Positions 31,560-42,139 of a stretch of DNA of 64,000 nucleotides are shown piece after piece. The notes under the pieces were generated by a model that saw only the letters and a list, made by a program, of their open reading frames with translations, did no database searches and was not told where the DNA came from. The translations under genes and the position numbers were made by a program. Numbering within the stretch: the first letter of the stretch is position 1; the number at the start of each line of letters is the position of its first letter. The DNA is from an uncultured Gammaproteobacteria bacterium. GTDB lineage: Bacteria > Pseudomonadota > Gammaproteobacteria > JABCZS01. The DNA lies in contig CAWKDC010000001.1 of the NCBI GenBank assembly GCA_963848305.1, positions 1,344,001 to 1,408,000 of the forward strand, in the 5' to 3' direction.

Positions 31560-33808
31560 ATGGCAAAGAAAATATCAAACGCAGTGGCGACGCAAAATTT
31601 TGAAATGCAACCGCTGAAAACATTTGTGGAAAAATCCTATTTGGATTATTCTATGTATGTGATCCTCGATCGTGCTTTGCCGAGTTTGCTCGATGGTTTG
31701 AAACCTGTGCAACGGCGCATCATTTACGCTATGTCTGAATTGGGATTGAAAGCATCCAGTAAACATAAAAAATCTGCGCGCACCGTCGGTGACGTGTTGG
31801 GTAAATTCCATCCACATGGAGACAGTGCTTGTTATGAAGCCATGGTGTTGATGGCACAATCTTTTTCATATCGTTATCCGCTGATTGATGGGCAGGGTAA
31901 TTTTGGTTCTGTCGATGATCCAAAATCTTTTGCAGCGATGCGATACACTGAATCACGTCTCAGTGCTTTCGCCGATGTTTATTTAGGTGAGTTGGGTTTG
32001 GGCACCGTTGATTGGCAATTAAACTTTGATGGCAGTTTGGAAGAACCGAAAATGTTGCCCGCACAATTGCCGACCGTGTTATTAAACGGCGCATCAGGGA
32101 TTGCCGTTGGGATGGCCACGGATATTCCCCCGCACAATTTAACGGAAGTGGTTGATGCATGCTTGCTGATTTTGAAAAATCCCAAAGCGACGTTAGACGA
32201 TGTATGCGCCATCGTCAAAGCGCCCGATTATCCGACAGGCGCAGAAATCAATTCCACGCCAGAAGAATTGAAAGAAATGTATCGAACCGGCATGGGCAGT
32301 GTGCGTTCGCGTGCGTTGTACCGTGTGGAGGACGGCAATATTGTTGTCACTGCATTGCCACATCAAGTGTCTCCTGCCAAAGTGCTCGAACAAATTGCGC
32401 AACAAATGCAAGACAAGAAATTGCCTATGGTGGAAGATTTACGCGACGAATCCGATCATGAAAATCCCGTGCGCATGGTGATTGTCCCGCGTTCTAACCG
32501 TATCGACATTGAACAGTTGATGAGCCACTTATTTGCCAGCACTGATCTGCAAAAATCATTCCGCGTGAATTTGAACATGATTGGTTTAGATGGTCGCCCG
32601 AAAGTGAAAGGCTTGCTCAACATTTTGAATGAATGGATTGAATACCGATTCGAGACTGTCAAGCGGCGATTAACGTATCGTTTGCAAAAAGTGACAGAAC
32701 GTTTGGAAGTGTTGGATGGTTTGTTGATCGCTTATCTTAACGTTGATGAAGTGATCAAGATTGTTCGCAAAGAAGATAAACCCAAAGAAGCTTTGATCAA
32801 AAGATTTAAGATCACCGATTTACAAGCAGAAGCCATCCTTGAATTAAAATTACGTCAATTGGCAAAGCTTGAAGAAATCAAGATCACCACCGAACAAAAA
32901 GCATTGTCTGTTGAGCGTGGCGAATTGGAAGCCATCTTGGCTTCGCGCACCAAAATGACGGCACTGATCCGCACAGAATTAGAAGCCCTTAAAAAACGCT
33001 TTGGCGATGCACGCCGGTGCGCGTGTATTGTGCGCGAACAAGCACAAGCCTTGTCTGAGGAAGAGCGCACGCCCACTGAAAATGTCACCGTGATTTTATC
33101 TGAAAAAGGATGGGCACGTGTCGGCAAAGGTCATGAGATTGATGCAGGGAGTTTGAGTTACAAACCCGGTGACAGCTTTTTATCGAGTGCACAGGGTCGC
33201 TCTAATCAATCAGCCATTTTCATGGATTCAACCGGCCGGGCATATTCGGTCATGCCGAATGCATTGCCCTCTGCGCGTAGCCTCGGCGAGCCTATCACCA
33301 CGCGTTTAACCACACCACCAGGTGCGACATTTGTGGGCGTGATCATGCCCAATGAATCTGACAAAGTGTTGTTGCAGTCCCGCGAAGGCTATGGCTTTGT
33401 GATTCCCGCCGCTGAATTGTTTTCTAAAAACAAGACGGGTAAACAGGTGCTGAAGGCTGACCATGGCGTGGTAGGTGCCTGTTATCCTGGCAGCTGACCC
33501 TAAAGCCTGGGTCTTTATCACGACCTTCGCCGGCAAAGCCCTGGCCTTTCCCCTGAAAGAATTGCCTGAAATGGCCAAAGGGCGGGGCAACAAAATGGTT
33601 CAAATCGACAAAGACCTGATTGCCAGCGGCAAAGATGGGGTAGCCCACATGGTCGTTCTGTCAGACAAAGATAGCTTGGTTCATCAAAGCAGGCGATAAA
33701 GAAAAGGTATTAAAACCAACAGATTGGAAAGAATATGCTGGTTCCCGCGGTCTGCGCGGCAAGGCTCTCCCCAAAAATTTCTTGCTCCCTGTCTTGCTCA
33801 GACCCTGA
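31560..33808 (+). CDS. parC: DNA topoisomerase IV subunit A; indels at ~33477 and ~33680
   Basis: [41 protein letters not shown]. The C-terminus continues ([11 protein letters not shown]; [13 protein letters not shown]) to TGA 33808. Confidence 0.93.
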
Positions 33809-33909
33809 CCTTATGCCATACTCTAGAAACGTGGTTGATAGGGCGTGGTTCTTATAAGATAACAAAGCAAGGAAAGATTTGACGTACAGGGTAGTGCAGG
33901 GGAAATCAT

Positions 33910-36900
33910 ATGGCAACTAATAGCTCAGATATGAATGATGCGCGGGGTTCATGGTATTCTCAATTTAGATTGAGAATAACTGGCGATCCGCTTAAGCCCA
34001 ATTCTGCTGCTCAAGCTAATCCAACTGTTAATTCAACCACAGCAGAGCCTGTGAAACCATCGACCGGGTCGATGCAGTCATCGTCATCAACATCATCAAC
34101 GGCTCCCGAAGCCGTTTCCTTAGCGACTCCGCCAGCCACAGTCGCTAATTCGAGTGCCACGCTTAGGTTATTGAATGAGGCTGCATCTGCGGCTTTGGCC
34201 ATGTGGAATAAGGCGCCAGCTACAGTCGTGTTGCCTGCCGCTGCCCCCGCGCCAGTCGCCAACACCACAACTACTACCACTTCAAGTAGCACAACATCGG
34301 CGTTGGCTACTGCCGTGAACAATTGGGTTGATAAATTGAAAACCCCATCCAATACAAATGTCACTGAACCTGCATCTCCACCACCTGCAGCTGAGCCGGT
34401 TAAGCCATTTACCATGACTTTCACTGACGAAACGCTTAAGTCCCTTTTCCCATCCGATCTCGCTGCGCCGACTTCACCCCTGCACATCATGCTGAAAGAG
34501 GCGACGGCCGATGCATTTTGCACAGAGACCCTCAGTGCATTTGACACTGCCATGCTAAAAGATGTTGCCACCATCTCAATTGCGGCGAGCAAGACAGCCG
34601 GGCTGTCTGAGGGATATAAGAAGGCCACTGAAGAATATTACCACTATGCTCCCTTGAAAGCTTTTCTCGATGCGCATGCGCCTTATTTAAAACAAGGCAT
34701 CATGATGCAGCTCTTCCTGTTAGAGCTGAGCCGTTCAGACGCATTTATAGGCCAGTACCCAGCCCTGCAGCCCGTGATTAAGGCGCGATTGGGGGTTTAT
34801 GAAGAAAAATTTCCCGTTTGCAGTCGCGATGTTGATGTCGCTGATTACACCCTGGATGACGACATGGTGCGGTGCATCACGGGAAACGACGCCTATCAAA
34901 AATTCAATAGCTATGTTCTTGCGGACGAATCTTCTTACGACATTCCCCGAGCCAGGCTGATGGCTTTTTTACACGATTTTGAAACCCTGGTTAAAATACA
35001 GGATCAGCGCTTCCGTATGAGTGATGGCAGGATTTATTTTCAAGAAGAAGGGCGTTTAACGAAAGAAGTGACCCTCACATGGGGTTCAAAAGACGTGAAT
35101 GACACGCAATGCTTTCGCTTGAGGCTGCCTTCAGCGACTTTTTTCAGACTGTTGAAATGGCACAAAGTCAACACGGCTCGTGAATGCCTGGATAAGAAAG
35201 CAGGTGCCTCTCAAATGCAGGGCTTTTCCCAAGAGAAAACCTTCTGCCCGAATTTACCCCAATTATCCCTGGCTGAATATACGGCATGGTTGGTGTCAGT
35301 ATGGATGGTGGGTGTAGATTTTTCAAAAACGCAGTCATTCAATGATTTCAAAAAGCAAGTATCCGAGTTCTTAGACGCTGCCGTCCCCAGTGGCATTCCT
35401 GAAGCGACATTTGTTCAATATATGGATCAAGCCATCAGACGTTATGCCAATATCATGATTGAGAATTCGCTGACCGCTGAGACACTTAAAAAAGTTGACA
35501 GATATGTCCCAAAAACGCTCAAGGCCGAAGAAATTCCGCCTATCACGGTGTCTGAGCAGAATAAAAAGGATTTGCTAGCAGCGCTTTATACAGAGTGCAG
35601 TCAGCGTGCCGCACTCAAGGTGAATGACGCATTGGGTGATAACAATGAAGATAATAAGAAATATACAGCACACCATCTGATATATTCCCACAAAGCAACA
35701 GAGATACCCCTCATCGATGACGTGCCTCCTCTATCCCTACCGCCTTATGTGAAACAATACCTCGATAATTTAGGGAGAGATAAGAGAGATAGCGACGAGG
35801 TTAAAAAATTAAAAGCCTTTTTCCAATCGGGCCTAACGACGCGCAGCGATGTCAATGAGAGTAAGTGTTTAGAGCAAGTCGTATTCCATGTGCTTGCGCA
35901 TCACATCGACCCCACGCAAGAGCCCGAGACAAAAGATTATGCATTTTCATCCATTGATGATTTTATGAAGCAGCGTGATGATGCCGCGGTAGCGATGCGC
36001 GCTATTGCTATTGCCCCTGTGGCAGGAAAACAAAAAAAACCTAAGACTAATACGCCTAGAAAACAGGTACGCGTCCCAGAAAAAACGATTGAGGGACTGA
36101 CAGCTACATCATCGTCCTCCTCTTCCTCCTCGTCCTCATCTTCATCTAGTCAAACGATGACTTCCGAGATGGATCCCCAAGTGTCGGCTACAGCTTCAGT
36201 TCCCTTCGAGATTGAAGAGAAAGCGCCCCCCATCCCTCTGGCTTCTCCTGTTGATGAGGAAAAGCAGAAAGAGGATGCAGTAGCAATAGCGCTGAAGCGC
36301 TGGCAGAAGTTAGAACGCTTATACCTCAAAGTGCTTGCATTCGACAATGAGTATCAATATGACGATGGGCTGTCGTTGGCTACATTTATCGACTCAGTGC
36401 ACAGAGAACGCAAGGATAGTAAGGATGTTCTCTTGACACTCCCTCTTGAAAGTATTGAGCTACATTCAGATCGCTGTCTTAAAGAGTGGGGAAAACTGAG
36501 AACGAAATATTTTGAACTTGCGCACGCCGATGCAAAGGCCAAATGGCATTTGTTGAAACAGGCTAAAGCGAAGCTGGATCAGCTGGTTAAGAACGCCACG
36601 GAGGTGAACCAGTCGATCCTCCCTTCAGATAAAACGGTTATTTCAGATGCAGAGTCGTTCATCATTGCAGAGGGGGAACTCCCAAAAGCGTTCCAATGCG
36701 AGAGTAAAAAGGGCGTAAAAACATTTGTTGATGCATGTGAAAAACATTGTAAAAGTATTGACGGTGCATGTGGAAGGCTGGAAACGATCATTGCAGTAGC
36801 GACTGAGCGAATGGCTGTTCAACAAGAGATCGCTCAAATGAGCCACGATTTAAACGAATTGGTCGGTAAAATTGATGCAAAACTGGTTCCGGCAAAATAC

Positions 36901-37905
36901 AGAGACCCTATTAAGGGTTTACTGGCCTTTAATTATGACGAATGTGCGAAATTGGATGAAGGTAACACTGATCTGACTCATTCTGACAATAAAAGAAAGT
37001 TTGACAATGATTATCAAGCAAAAAAACAAAAGCTAGAACGTTTTATCGCATTTTTGAACGAGGGTGATAATATTAAAGTGTTGTATGCCGTGGTTGATTT
37101 TAAAACATCTGATTTCAATACTAAACCCTATCTTGAGACGTTGACAAAAAGCCATCAAGAAGCCGTAGCGAAATTGTTGGATATTGAACAGCAAATTGCG
37201 GCTTATCCTAACCATGTTTATTTTGGATTTATCGATTGCTCTTGGTTCCTTGATAGCAAAGAAGTTAAAAAGTTAAAAGTAGAGCGTGAGCAAGTCCAGC
37301 ACGAAGTGAACGTATGGACGATGATGGTGTATGTGAGCGAAGATGCTACACCTGACGACAGGACTGTTAAAGAGTCGTTGAGTAACGTTGAGAAACTGAG
37401 CACCCATTTAAGCGAAATAGATAAAAAGAGTGCCGCCCTGCGCTGGTGGCAATGGGGTTATTCCAAAAAGAAAGCATTGTATGAAGCTGCTAAACAGCGA
37501 ATCAACATGCAAATTGAGCGGTTAACCTTATTGGCTGCGGTGGAAAAGGTGAATGAGGCTGTTGGTGAGTCAGCGAAGGTGGATCAGGCAAGGGCATTGT
37601 GTGCGGAACCTGCTCGGGAAGATAAGCTATCCCCATCTGCTTTGTTTGTCAAATTCGGAGAAGTTTATGCTAAATTAAAAATAGCATTGCAAACATTTGT
37701 CAATCATGTCGACCAAAAGCAAGCACTGAAGCAAAAATGGGCATTAGCCCAGTCCGCAACGCCCGCAGGTTTGGGTTTGAAACATAAAACCACAGTGGAG
37801 AATATGGGAAGCGTGGGTTTCGGTTCTATGGTTTCATTCGGCAGTAGCACAACCGTCTCGTCTTTATTGCAGAATAAAGCTGGTGTGACCAACACGGTTA
37901 TGTAG
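33910..37905 (+). CDS. Large orphan protein (1331 aa) with S/T/A/P-rich N-terminus, poly-Ser tract and coiled-coil-like C-terminal half
   Basis: Uninterrupted 4-kb ORF with RBS; no recognisable family motif. Confidence 0.85.
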   Translation: MATNSSDMNDARGSWYSQFRLRITGDPLKPNSAAQANPTVNSTTAEPVKPSTGSMQSSSSTSSTAPEAVSLATPPATVANSSATLRLLNEAASAALAMWNKAPATVVLPAAAPAPVANTTTTTTSSSTTSALATAVNNWVDKLKTPSNTNVTEPASPPPAAEPVKPFTMTFTDETLKSLFPSDLAAPTSPLHIMLKEATADAFCTETLSAFDTAMLKDVATISIAASKTAGLSEGYKKATEEYYHYAPLKAFLDAHAPYLKQGIMMQLFLLELSRSDAFIGQYPALQPVIKARLGVYEEKFPVCSRDVDVADYTLDDDMVRCITGNDAYQKFNSYVLADESSYDIPRARLMAFLHDFETLVKIQDQRFRMSDGRIYFQEEGRLTKEVTLTWGSKDVNDTQCFRLRLPSATFFRLLKWHKVNTARECLDKKAGASQMQGFSQEKTFCPNLPQLSLAEYTAWLVSVWMVGVDFSKTQSFNDFKKQVSEFLDAAVPSGIPEATFVQYMDQAIRRYANIMIENSLTAETLKKVDRYVPKTLKAEEIPPITVSEQNKKDLLAALYTECSQRAALKVNDALGDNNEDNKKYTAHHLIYSHKATEIPLIDDVPPLSLPPYVKQYLDNLGRDKRDSDEVKKLKAFFQSGLTTRSDVNESKCLEQVVFHVLAHHIDPTQEPETKDYAFSSIDDFMKQRDDAAVAMRAIAIAPVAGKQKKPKTNTPRKQVRVPEKTIEGLTATSSSSSSSSSSSSSSQTMTSEMDPQVSATASVPFEIEEKAPPIPLASPVDEEKQKEDAVAIALKRWQKLERLYLKVLAFDNEYQYDDGLSLATFIDSVHRERKDSKDVLLTLPLESIELHSDRCLKEWGKLRTKYFELAHADAKAKWHLLKQAKAKLDQLVKNATEVNQSILPSDKTVISDAESFIIAEGELPKAFQCESKKGVKTFVDACEKHCKSIDGACGRLETIIAVATERMAVQQEIAQMSHDLNELVGKIDAKLVPAKYRDPIKGLLAFNYDECAKLDEGNTDLTHSDNKRKFDNDYQAKKQKLERFIAFLNEGDNIKVLYAVVDFKTSDFNTKPYLETLTKSHQEAVAKLLDIEQQIAAYPNHVYFGFIDCSWFLDSKEVKKLKVEREQVQHEVNVWTMMVYVSEDATPDDRTVKESLSNVEKLSTHLSEIDKKSAALRWWQWGYSKKKALYEAAKQRINMQIERLTLLAAVEKVNEAVGESAKVDQARALCAEPAREDKLSPSALFVKFGEVYAKLKIALQTFVNHVDQKQALKQKWALAQSATPAGLGLKHKTTVENMGSVGFGSMVSFGSSTTVSSLLQNKAGVTNTVM

Positions 37906-37969
37906 ATTGATTGATATATGTAATTGATCTTTCGCACTTTCAGTGCTCGATGCATTCTCTCATACATTT

Positions 37970-38392
37970 CCTAGGGTTACGATGCGCTGCGCGCATCTAA
38001 CCCTAGGCTAAATGCTTCAAGGCCTTTGGCCTTGTGGATAATCTTGCAGCACGCATCTAACCCTAGGCTAAATGCTTCAAGGCCTTTGGCCTTGTGGATT
38101 GTCTTGCAGCACGCATCTAACCCTAGGCTAAATGCTTCAAGGCCTTTGGCCTTGTGGATTGTCTTGCAGCGCGCATCTAACCCTAGGCTAAATGCTTCAA
38201 GGCCTTTGGCCTTGTGGATTGTCTCGCAGCGCGCATCTAACCCTAGGCTAAATGCTTCAAGGCCTTTGGCCTTGTGGATTGTCTTGCAGCACGCATCTAA
38301 CCCTAGGCTAAATGCTTCAAGGCCTTTGGCCTTGTGGATTGTCTTGCAGCGCGCATCTAACCCTGGGCTCGAAAACTGATAGGCCTCCGGCC
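37970..38392. repeat. 60-bp tandem repeat array (6 full units plus a degenerate seventh) with an inverted end arm
   Basis: Unit GCATCTAACCCTAGGCTAAATGCTTCAAGGCCTTTGGCCTTGTGGATTGTCTTGCAGCRC; CCTAGGGTTACGATGCGC at 37970-37987 is complementary to part of each unit. Confidence 0.95.
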
Positions 38393-38434
38393 GAGATGAT
38401 GTCGACTTATGATAAACGGTCAACACAATTAATT

Positions 38435-39439
38435 TCACCCCACCACTTGCTTACTCGTTGACCCGGGCACTTCACGTACCAATGTGGGAACGGCATAACC
38501 GGGCAGGGCAGCTTGCAGGGATTGTATCATCGAACATGCGGCTGATTCGCTGACATCAAAATGATGTGCACCGGTGACTTTGTCCAATAAATGCACATAA
38601 TAGGGCACAACGCCGATAGCAATCAAACGACGGCACAAGGCAATTTGCGCATCCACTGTATCATTGATGCCGTGCAACAAAACAGCTTGATTCAACAACA
38701 AAGCTTTCATACGCAAACAGTGCATGGCGATTGTCACATCGTGATCAATTTCTTGTGCATGATTCATATGCAACACAAACACAAATTGAAAACGCTGCGT
38801 ATCGAGGATGTTCAAAAAATCAGACGTGATCCGTTGCGGTACCATCACTGCTGTGCGCGTATGAAATCGAATGGTTTTCACATGGGGAATATCAGCCAAC
38901 TTGTTGAGCAACCATGCAAGGTGATGATCTGTTAAATTCAAAGGATCGCCGCCGCTTAAAATCACTTCTTCAATGGTATTATCTTGTTGGATATAATCCA
39001 GCGCAGGTTCCAATCCTTTTTTGCCGGGCGTGTTGGCATCGTAATCAAAATGTCGACGAAAACAATAACGGCAATGGATCACGCATTGCTGCGTCATGAT
39101 CAACAACACCCGGCCGGCGTATTTGTGCAGCAAGCCTGGATGGGGGTTATGCGCATGTTCCTCTAACGGCGAGGCCACATAACCTGCGACCTTCTCTAAT
39201 TCGGCGCCTGTGGGCAAAAACTGCTGCAGAACGGGATCGCTTAGGTCACCTGGCTTGATGCGTTTTAGCATACTACGGGGGAGTTTCAAAGGGAATTGTT
39301 GATGGGCCGCGACGAGCTGTTCACGCATAGATTCGGGTAAGTTTAATAGCAAAATAAGATCGTCAGGGGTGCAAATCACCTCTTTCAGTATTTTTTGCCA
39401 ATCTTGAGTTCCCCAAGGCGGGTTATTTTGTTGTATCAT
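38435..39439 (-). CDS. epmB: EF-P beta-lysylation lysine 2,3-aminomutase (radical SAM)
   Basis: GLLHKY..CVIHCRYCFRRHF, EVILSGGDPL, LNQAVLL; divergent from efp. Confidence 0.95.
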   Translation of the reverse strand: MIQQNNPPWGTQDWQKILKEVICTPDDLILLLNLPESMREQLVAAHQQFPLKLPRSMLKRIKPGDLSDPVLQQFLPTGAELEKVAGYVASPLEEHAHNPHPGLLHKYAGRVLLIMTQQCVIHCRYCFRRHFDYDANTPGKKGLEPALDYIQQDNTIEEVILSGGDPLNLTDHHLAWLLNKLADIPHVKTIRFHTRTAVMVPQRITSDFLNILDTQRFQFVFVLHMNHAQEIDHDVTIAMHCLRMKALLLNQAVLLHGINDTVDAQIALCRRLIAIGVVPYYVHLLDKVTGAHHFDVSESAACSMIQSLQAALPGYAVPTLVREVPGSTSKQVVG

Positions 39440-39487
39440 ACGTCAGTTTCGTTCAGCTCATTATTCAGACAGCAAGGGTAAACTAAT

Positions 39488-40060
39488 ATGTCCACGTATG
39501 CAACCAATCAATTCAAACCAGGTTTAAAAGTGATGATGGATGGCGAGCCTTGTGCCATCCTTGAGAACGAATTTGTGAAGCCTGGCAAGGGCCAAGCCTT
39601 CAACCGCGTGAAACTGCGCTACCTCAAGAGTGGCCGCGTGATTGAGCGGACATTCAAGTCTGGCGACACGTTGCCCGGGGCTGATGTGGTCGAATTGCCC
39701 ATGCAATATCTGTATTCAGATGGGGAGCATTGGCATTTCATGGCGCCTGAAACCTGCGAACAATACGCCGTGGATGAAAAAATCTTGGCAGACACCCAGA
39801 AGTGGTTGAAAGAACAAGACATGTGTACCGTCATGTTGTTTAACGGCGTGCCCTTGTCCGTGGCGCCGCCCAATTTCGTGGTGTTGAAGATTGTTGAGAC
39901 AGATCCCGGTATCCGTGGCGATACATCGGGCGGCGGCGGCAAACCTGCCACGCTTGAAACCGGGGCCGTCGTACGTGTGCCCTTGTTCGTTCAACAAGGC
40001 GAATTGATCCGAGTAGACACCAGAAATGCCGAATATGTGTCTAGGGTCAAAGAAGAGTGA
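39488..40060 (+). CDS. efp: Elongation factor P
   Basis: [36 protein letters not shown]. Confidence 0.98.
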   Translation: MSTYATNQFKPGLKVMMDGEPCAILENEFVKPGKGQAFNRVKLRYLKSGRVIERTFKSGDTLPGADVVELPMQYLYSDGEHWHFMAPETCEQYAVDEKILADTQKWLKEQDMCTVMLFNGVPLSVAPPNFVVLKIVETDPGIRGDTSGGGGKPATLETGAVVRVPLFVQQGELIRVDTRNAEYVSRVKEE

Positions 40061-41016
40061 TGAGCGATTCATGCTGGCGTCCTACTGCCACCGTCGAAAC
40101 TTTGGTGGCTCGGGCAGGGTTGCTGAAGCAGATCCGTGCATTCTTTGATGGTCGGGGGTTTATCGAAGTCGATACGCCCCTGCTGTCTCACGCCACTGTC
40201 ACAGATCCTCACCTGGAAGGCTTTCCGGTTCAGGTAGGTGACGAGCGCGGTTACCTTCAAACCTCTCCCGAGTATGCCATGAAGCGATTATTGGCTGCTG
40301 GGATGCCGTCAATTTATCAGCTGGGCAAAGTGTTTCGGGTTGATGAAACAGGCCGTTACCACAATCCCGAATTCACTTTGCTCGAATGGTATCAACTCCG
40401 TGCTGACTTAAATGGGTTGATGGATGAAGTCGATGTGCTGTGTCAAACAATCGTGGGCTGTCCCGCAGCGAAGCGGTTGACATACCAATCTGTGTTTCAA
40501 CCTTTTGGTCTCGATCCCCTCACCGCCAATACCGCACAATGCCAGTCTGTGGCGCGTGAACAGGGGCTGGATGTCAGTGATTCTTTGCTGAATGCCCCCT
40601 TAGATACTTGGTTGCAACTTTTATTTTCTCTGTTGATTGAACCGACACTGGGCTTTGATGCGCCGGCATTTGTCACGCATTATCCTGCCTCACAAGCGAG
40701 TTTATCGCGTCTCGATCCCACTGATCCCCGTGTAGCCTTGCGGGTTGAAGTCTTTATCAATGGCATTGAGATTGGTAACGGTTATGATGAATTGCAAGAT
40801 CCCGCCCTTCAACATGCCCGATTTGAAGCAGATAACCGCATTCGTGCAGACATGGGTTTGCCGCAAAAACCAATTGATCCGCATTTGCTCGCCGCACTCA
40901 CGCACGGCTTTCCCCGGTGTTCAGGCATTGCAATGGGTGTAGATCGATTATTAATGTGTGCGCTGAAGAAAACACATATACAAGAAGTCATGCCGTTCAA
41001 TTGGACTCGGGCTTAG
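40057..41016 (+). CDS. epmA: EF-P lysine-34 lysyltransferase
   Basis: [46 protein letters not shown]. Confidence 0.95.
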   Translation: MMSDSCWRPTATVETLVARAGLLKQIRAFFDGRGFIEVDTPLLSHATVTDPHLEGFPVQVGDERGYLQTSPEYAMKRLLAAGMPSIYQLGKVFRVDETGRYHNPEFTLLEWYQLRADLNGLMDEVDVLCQTIVGCPAAKRLTYQSVFQPFGLDPLTANTAQCQSVAREQGLDVSDSLLNAPLDTWLQLLFSLLIEPTLGFDAPAFVTHYPASQASLSRLDPTDPRVALRVEVFINGIEIGNGYDELQDPALQHARFEADNRIRADMGLPQKPIDPHLLAALTHGFPRCSGIAMGVDRLLMCALKKTHIQEVMPFNWTRA

Positions 41017-41023
41017 GTTTTAC

Positions 41024-42112
41024 CTAGTGAAAATGGGGAGTCCATTGCTCTAATTCTGCTGGCGTGATTTTAAAACGTGCGATATTGCCTGCATGAAGTC
41101 CCATCAATTCTTTATCGATCACTTCAATGAATCGTGTTTGATCGTTTTTGGGAATGTGGGATTCTGTAAATAATGCAATCTTTGCAATCGCTTGTTTTTT
41201 ATCCATGCGTTCACGCACAATGGTGTTGACGAGTGATGCGACATGTTCACGGTATTTAAAACTCACCGGGTCGGGTTCTCCGGTCACATGCAAAATTGTT
41301 GAATATTTTTGACAAGATCGTTGATACGCCCACGAATATACTTCTTTCAACAATTCCATTCGGTTGTGTTCGTAGACAGCCAGCACACCCTCAATGTAAT
41401 AAGATTCTGGTACATCGATAAAAGACAATGGACATAAATTGTCGCGAATAAAAGGAATATTGGCGGCCAATCGGGAGACTCTTTTATTCACATCTTCAAA
41501 CGGTTGCAAATAAGATAAATGCACAATCATGAAAAAAGATTGTTCATAAGGATCTTCGATGGATTGCGCTTTCGTGATGATGTGCTCAAAACATTCTTGA
41601 ATCAGCTGCGGAATATGCGTGGGATAATACGCGGCTTTTGCAATGCCAACGGGAATGCTGCGCAATCTCCCGCAGGCTGCTGGGTCTCCCAGCAAATTGT
41701 CTGATAGCAATGCATGCAAGTTGAGTAGTGTAGAGGTGTTGATGCGCAATGTGTCGGCTTGATCAACCAGAAATTCAATGGCCGCTTTATGATTCAATAA
41801 CATTTGGGCATCCATGGGGTCTTTATCTTCTGCCATTTCTCCGGCATTTAATAATCGATCGGTTTCTAATAAAGAATAGGTATTCCCTTCGAGTCTACTG
41901 GAATTCCAGGATAAGTCGATCATCAACAGATTGAGGATTTTTTTGACAAAGGTACCCGATTTTTTGGCCATCAGGGGTGGCGTACCCCACTCACGCAATT
42001 GTTTGCGTTCTGATTCGGATAAATAAAAAGTGATGTTGGGTTGATAAGCGTCTAAAAATTCACGTCGATATCCTACCGAGGGTTTATGTTTTTGTCGAAC
42101 TTCTTGTTGCAA
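41024..42112 (-). CDS. Fic family protein with internal inhibitory motif and non-canonical active site
   Basis: SSRLEGN inhibitory helix and YLQPFEDVNKRVSR Fic-like motif; start uncertain. Confidence 0.85.
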   Translation of the reverse strand: MQQEVRQKHKPSVGYRREFLDAYQPNITFYLSESERKQLREWGTPPLMAKKSGTFVKKILNLLMIDLSWNSSRLEGNTYSLLETDRLLNAGEMAEDKDPMDAQMLLNHKAAIEFLVDQADTLRINTSTLLNLHALLSDNLLGDPAACGRLRSIPVGIAKAAYYPTHIPQLIQECFEHIITKAQSIEDPYEQSFFMIVHLSYLQPFEDVNKRVSRLAANIPFIRDNLCPLSFIDVPESYYIEGVLAVYEHNRMELLKEVYSWAYQRSCQKYSTILHVTGEPDPVSFKYREHVASLVNTIVRERMDKKQAIAKIALFTESHIPKNDQTRFIEVIDKELMGLHAGNIARFKITPAELEQWTPHFH

Positions 42113-42139
42113 GGTCTGCTTATCCGCTGTCCTCCGTCT

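Noticed and set aside
34011-34628. 205-aa antisense ORF
   Set aside because: Mirror of the low-complexity S/T/A/P coding region of the 1331-aa gene.
36109-36150. Phase-variable simple sequence repeat
   Set aside because: The poly-Ser tract uses mixed codons and is not a slippage-prone perfect repeat.
37970-38392. CRISPR array
   Set aside because: Units are directly tandem with no unique spacers, and no cas genes are in the window.
37977-38438. Repeat proteins from ORFs 37977..38438 (-) and 38026..38379 (+)
   Set aside because: They stay open because the unit is 60 bp; unit differences are mostly non-synonymous in both frames, so they are not called as CDS.
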